A stretch of 64,000 nt of DNA from Chiloscyllium plagiosum. Lineage: Eukaryota. Made by a program: the position numbers and the translations under genes. The notes below the pieces were generated by a model. It did no database searches. It saw only the letters and a list, made by a program, of their open reading frames with translations, and was not told where the DNA came from. The DNA is taken from the NCBI RefSeq assembly GCF_004010195.1, contig NC_057718.1, positions 24,394,035 through 24,458,034 of the forward strand, written 5' to 3'. Each line of letters opens with the position of its first letter. Position 1 is the stretch's first letter. Below, piece after piece: positions 62,750 to 64,000 of the stretch.

Positions 62750-63330
62750 GTCAGTCTGTTGTTGGCACCAATCTAGTGAAGAGCGGGAGGCGGCAGACTG
62801 GAGCCCTGCTCTCGGTGCCAGCAGTTTACTGAGGCAAAACAGAACTGACAACACATCTGTTACCTAGGAGACCCGGGAAACATCGTGAGGTCTCTTCACA
62901 CTTACTCGGAAAACGCTCGGTGGATGAGATTAAAACACGAGATTCTGTGGTGAATGCGGTTTTCGGACTTGGCCCGCTCACTTGCACTGGTTAAATCAGA
63001 AACAAGTTAAAGCTATTGGCTCGAGAGTCAATGTTCCAACCTTTCAGTAAACTCGCTTTCGATTTATTGAAACTGCCTGAGTGTGATTCTGGGAATGTCT
63101 TCCCGCCAACATCCTACCATGGCTCTTTTATTTTCCGGCAGATATTCCTTTGTCCAAAGCAGCGCTGGCTGACTGTATTTCTTCTGTTCGCTCCCTTAGT
63201 TCTCGGTTGACAGTACTGAGGGAAGACGCGGGCAGTCGGGCTGCGGGCACTGCAATTTCTCCTGGGATAAAAGCAAGAGACTGCTGACGCCGGGAATCCG
63301 TGAGAAACACGGAAAACGCTGCAGAAACTT
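62750..63330 (-). promoter_or_regulatory. CpG-rich candidate GREM2 promoter and non-coding exon 1
   Basis: CpG is visibly enriched over the rest of the window. E2F-type TTCCCGCCAA at 63100-63109, minus-strand CCAAT box at 63015-63019, minus-strand donors CGA|GTAAGT (exon end 62906) and TAG|GTAACA (62864). Confidence 0.45.
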
Positions 63331-63532
63331 AAGCGGGGAACAGAATTGACGTTTCGAGAACTCAAAAAAAAGAGTAGAAGTCGACTCGAAACGTTAACTC
63401 TGTTTTCTCTCGCCACAAGATGCTGACCGACCCTGCTAAGTTCCTCCAGCGTTCTCTGTACTCGTTACAACGTTAATCCCAGGCTCCTGGCTGGTACATT
63501 ACACCTCACAGCGGGGCCAAAATTTTAAAGAC

Positions 63533-63880
63533 GTGCATTTATATAGCATCCTTTACGGTCACCTGCCGCTTGAAAGTGGTGCGGCCAATGGATTTTTTTG
63601 AGGTGGAAATGTGAGGGATAACCACAGCCAAGTTGCAATAAAAAGGTGATAATAAGTTAACAAACTGTTTTTGTTCTGTGATACTGATTGATGGATAATT
63701 TCTCCAAATTCTTCAATATAGCGTCGTCGGATCCTTAGCCGGATGGTGGTAGACATCCTGTTTTAAAATCTTATCCAAAAGGTGGCATTTCGGACATCTC
63801 AGCGCGCCCCTAATGCGTTTCGCTAAGGCTTTAGCGCTCAATCGCTGGAAGTGGTACTTGAACCCAGAGCCGCCTGTTTC
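63533..63880 (-). mobile_element. Deu-domain (SacSINE1-like) SINE
   Basis: Tail gcatttatatagc, core tcttatccaaaaggtggca, head cttgaaccc. Resembles the reverse complement of the 23281-23935 family. Confidence 0.55.
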
Positions 63881-64000
63881 CAGAACCTTTACTGATCCCT
63901 TTAAGCCTAGGCATTAGTTCAAGATGCTCTAGGTCAGTGAACTTGGCACTTATATTGGAGACCATGGCTGGTGTGCTCATAAAATCCCTACACTGTGGAA

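Overview
AT-rich vertebrate genomic DNA from a cartilaginous fish. The repeat families (HE1/V-SINE, HER1/CR1, CR1-Zenon-like, Penelope, Deu-domain SINE) point to an elasmobranch; this is an inference. Two host genes face each other tail-to-tail. On the + strand are the last two coding exons and 3' UTR of a formin-2-like gene (22982-23063, 28023-28073, poly(A) signal at 29124). On the - strand is the single coding exon of a gremlin, most likely GREM2 (49801-50304, 167 aa), with a ~2.65 kb repeat-poor 3' UTR and a candidate non-coding first exon and CpG-rich promoter near 62.9-63.3 kb. The rest is intron or intergenic DNA full of nested retroelement relics. The most unusual signals are: (1) short palindromic Penelope-derived insertions carrying minimal hammerhead ribozyme cores, flanked by 12-17 bp target-site duplications (TSDs); (2) a LINE family that appears to have a tRNA-like head, plus its deletion derivatives; (3) an extended formin tail and a possible cassette exon that would truncate the Spire-binding motif. 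Family assignments and comparisons to human sequences come from recall and by-eye reading, not database searches. Repeat boundaries are approximate unless a TSD is given.
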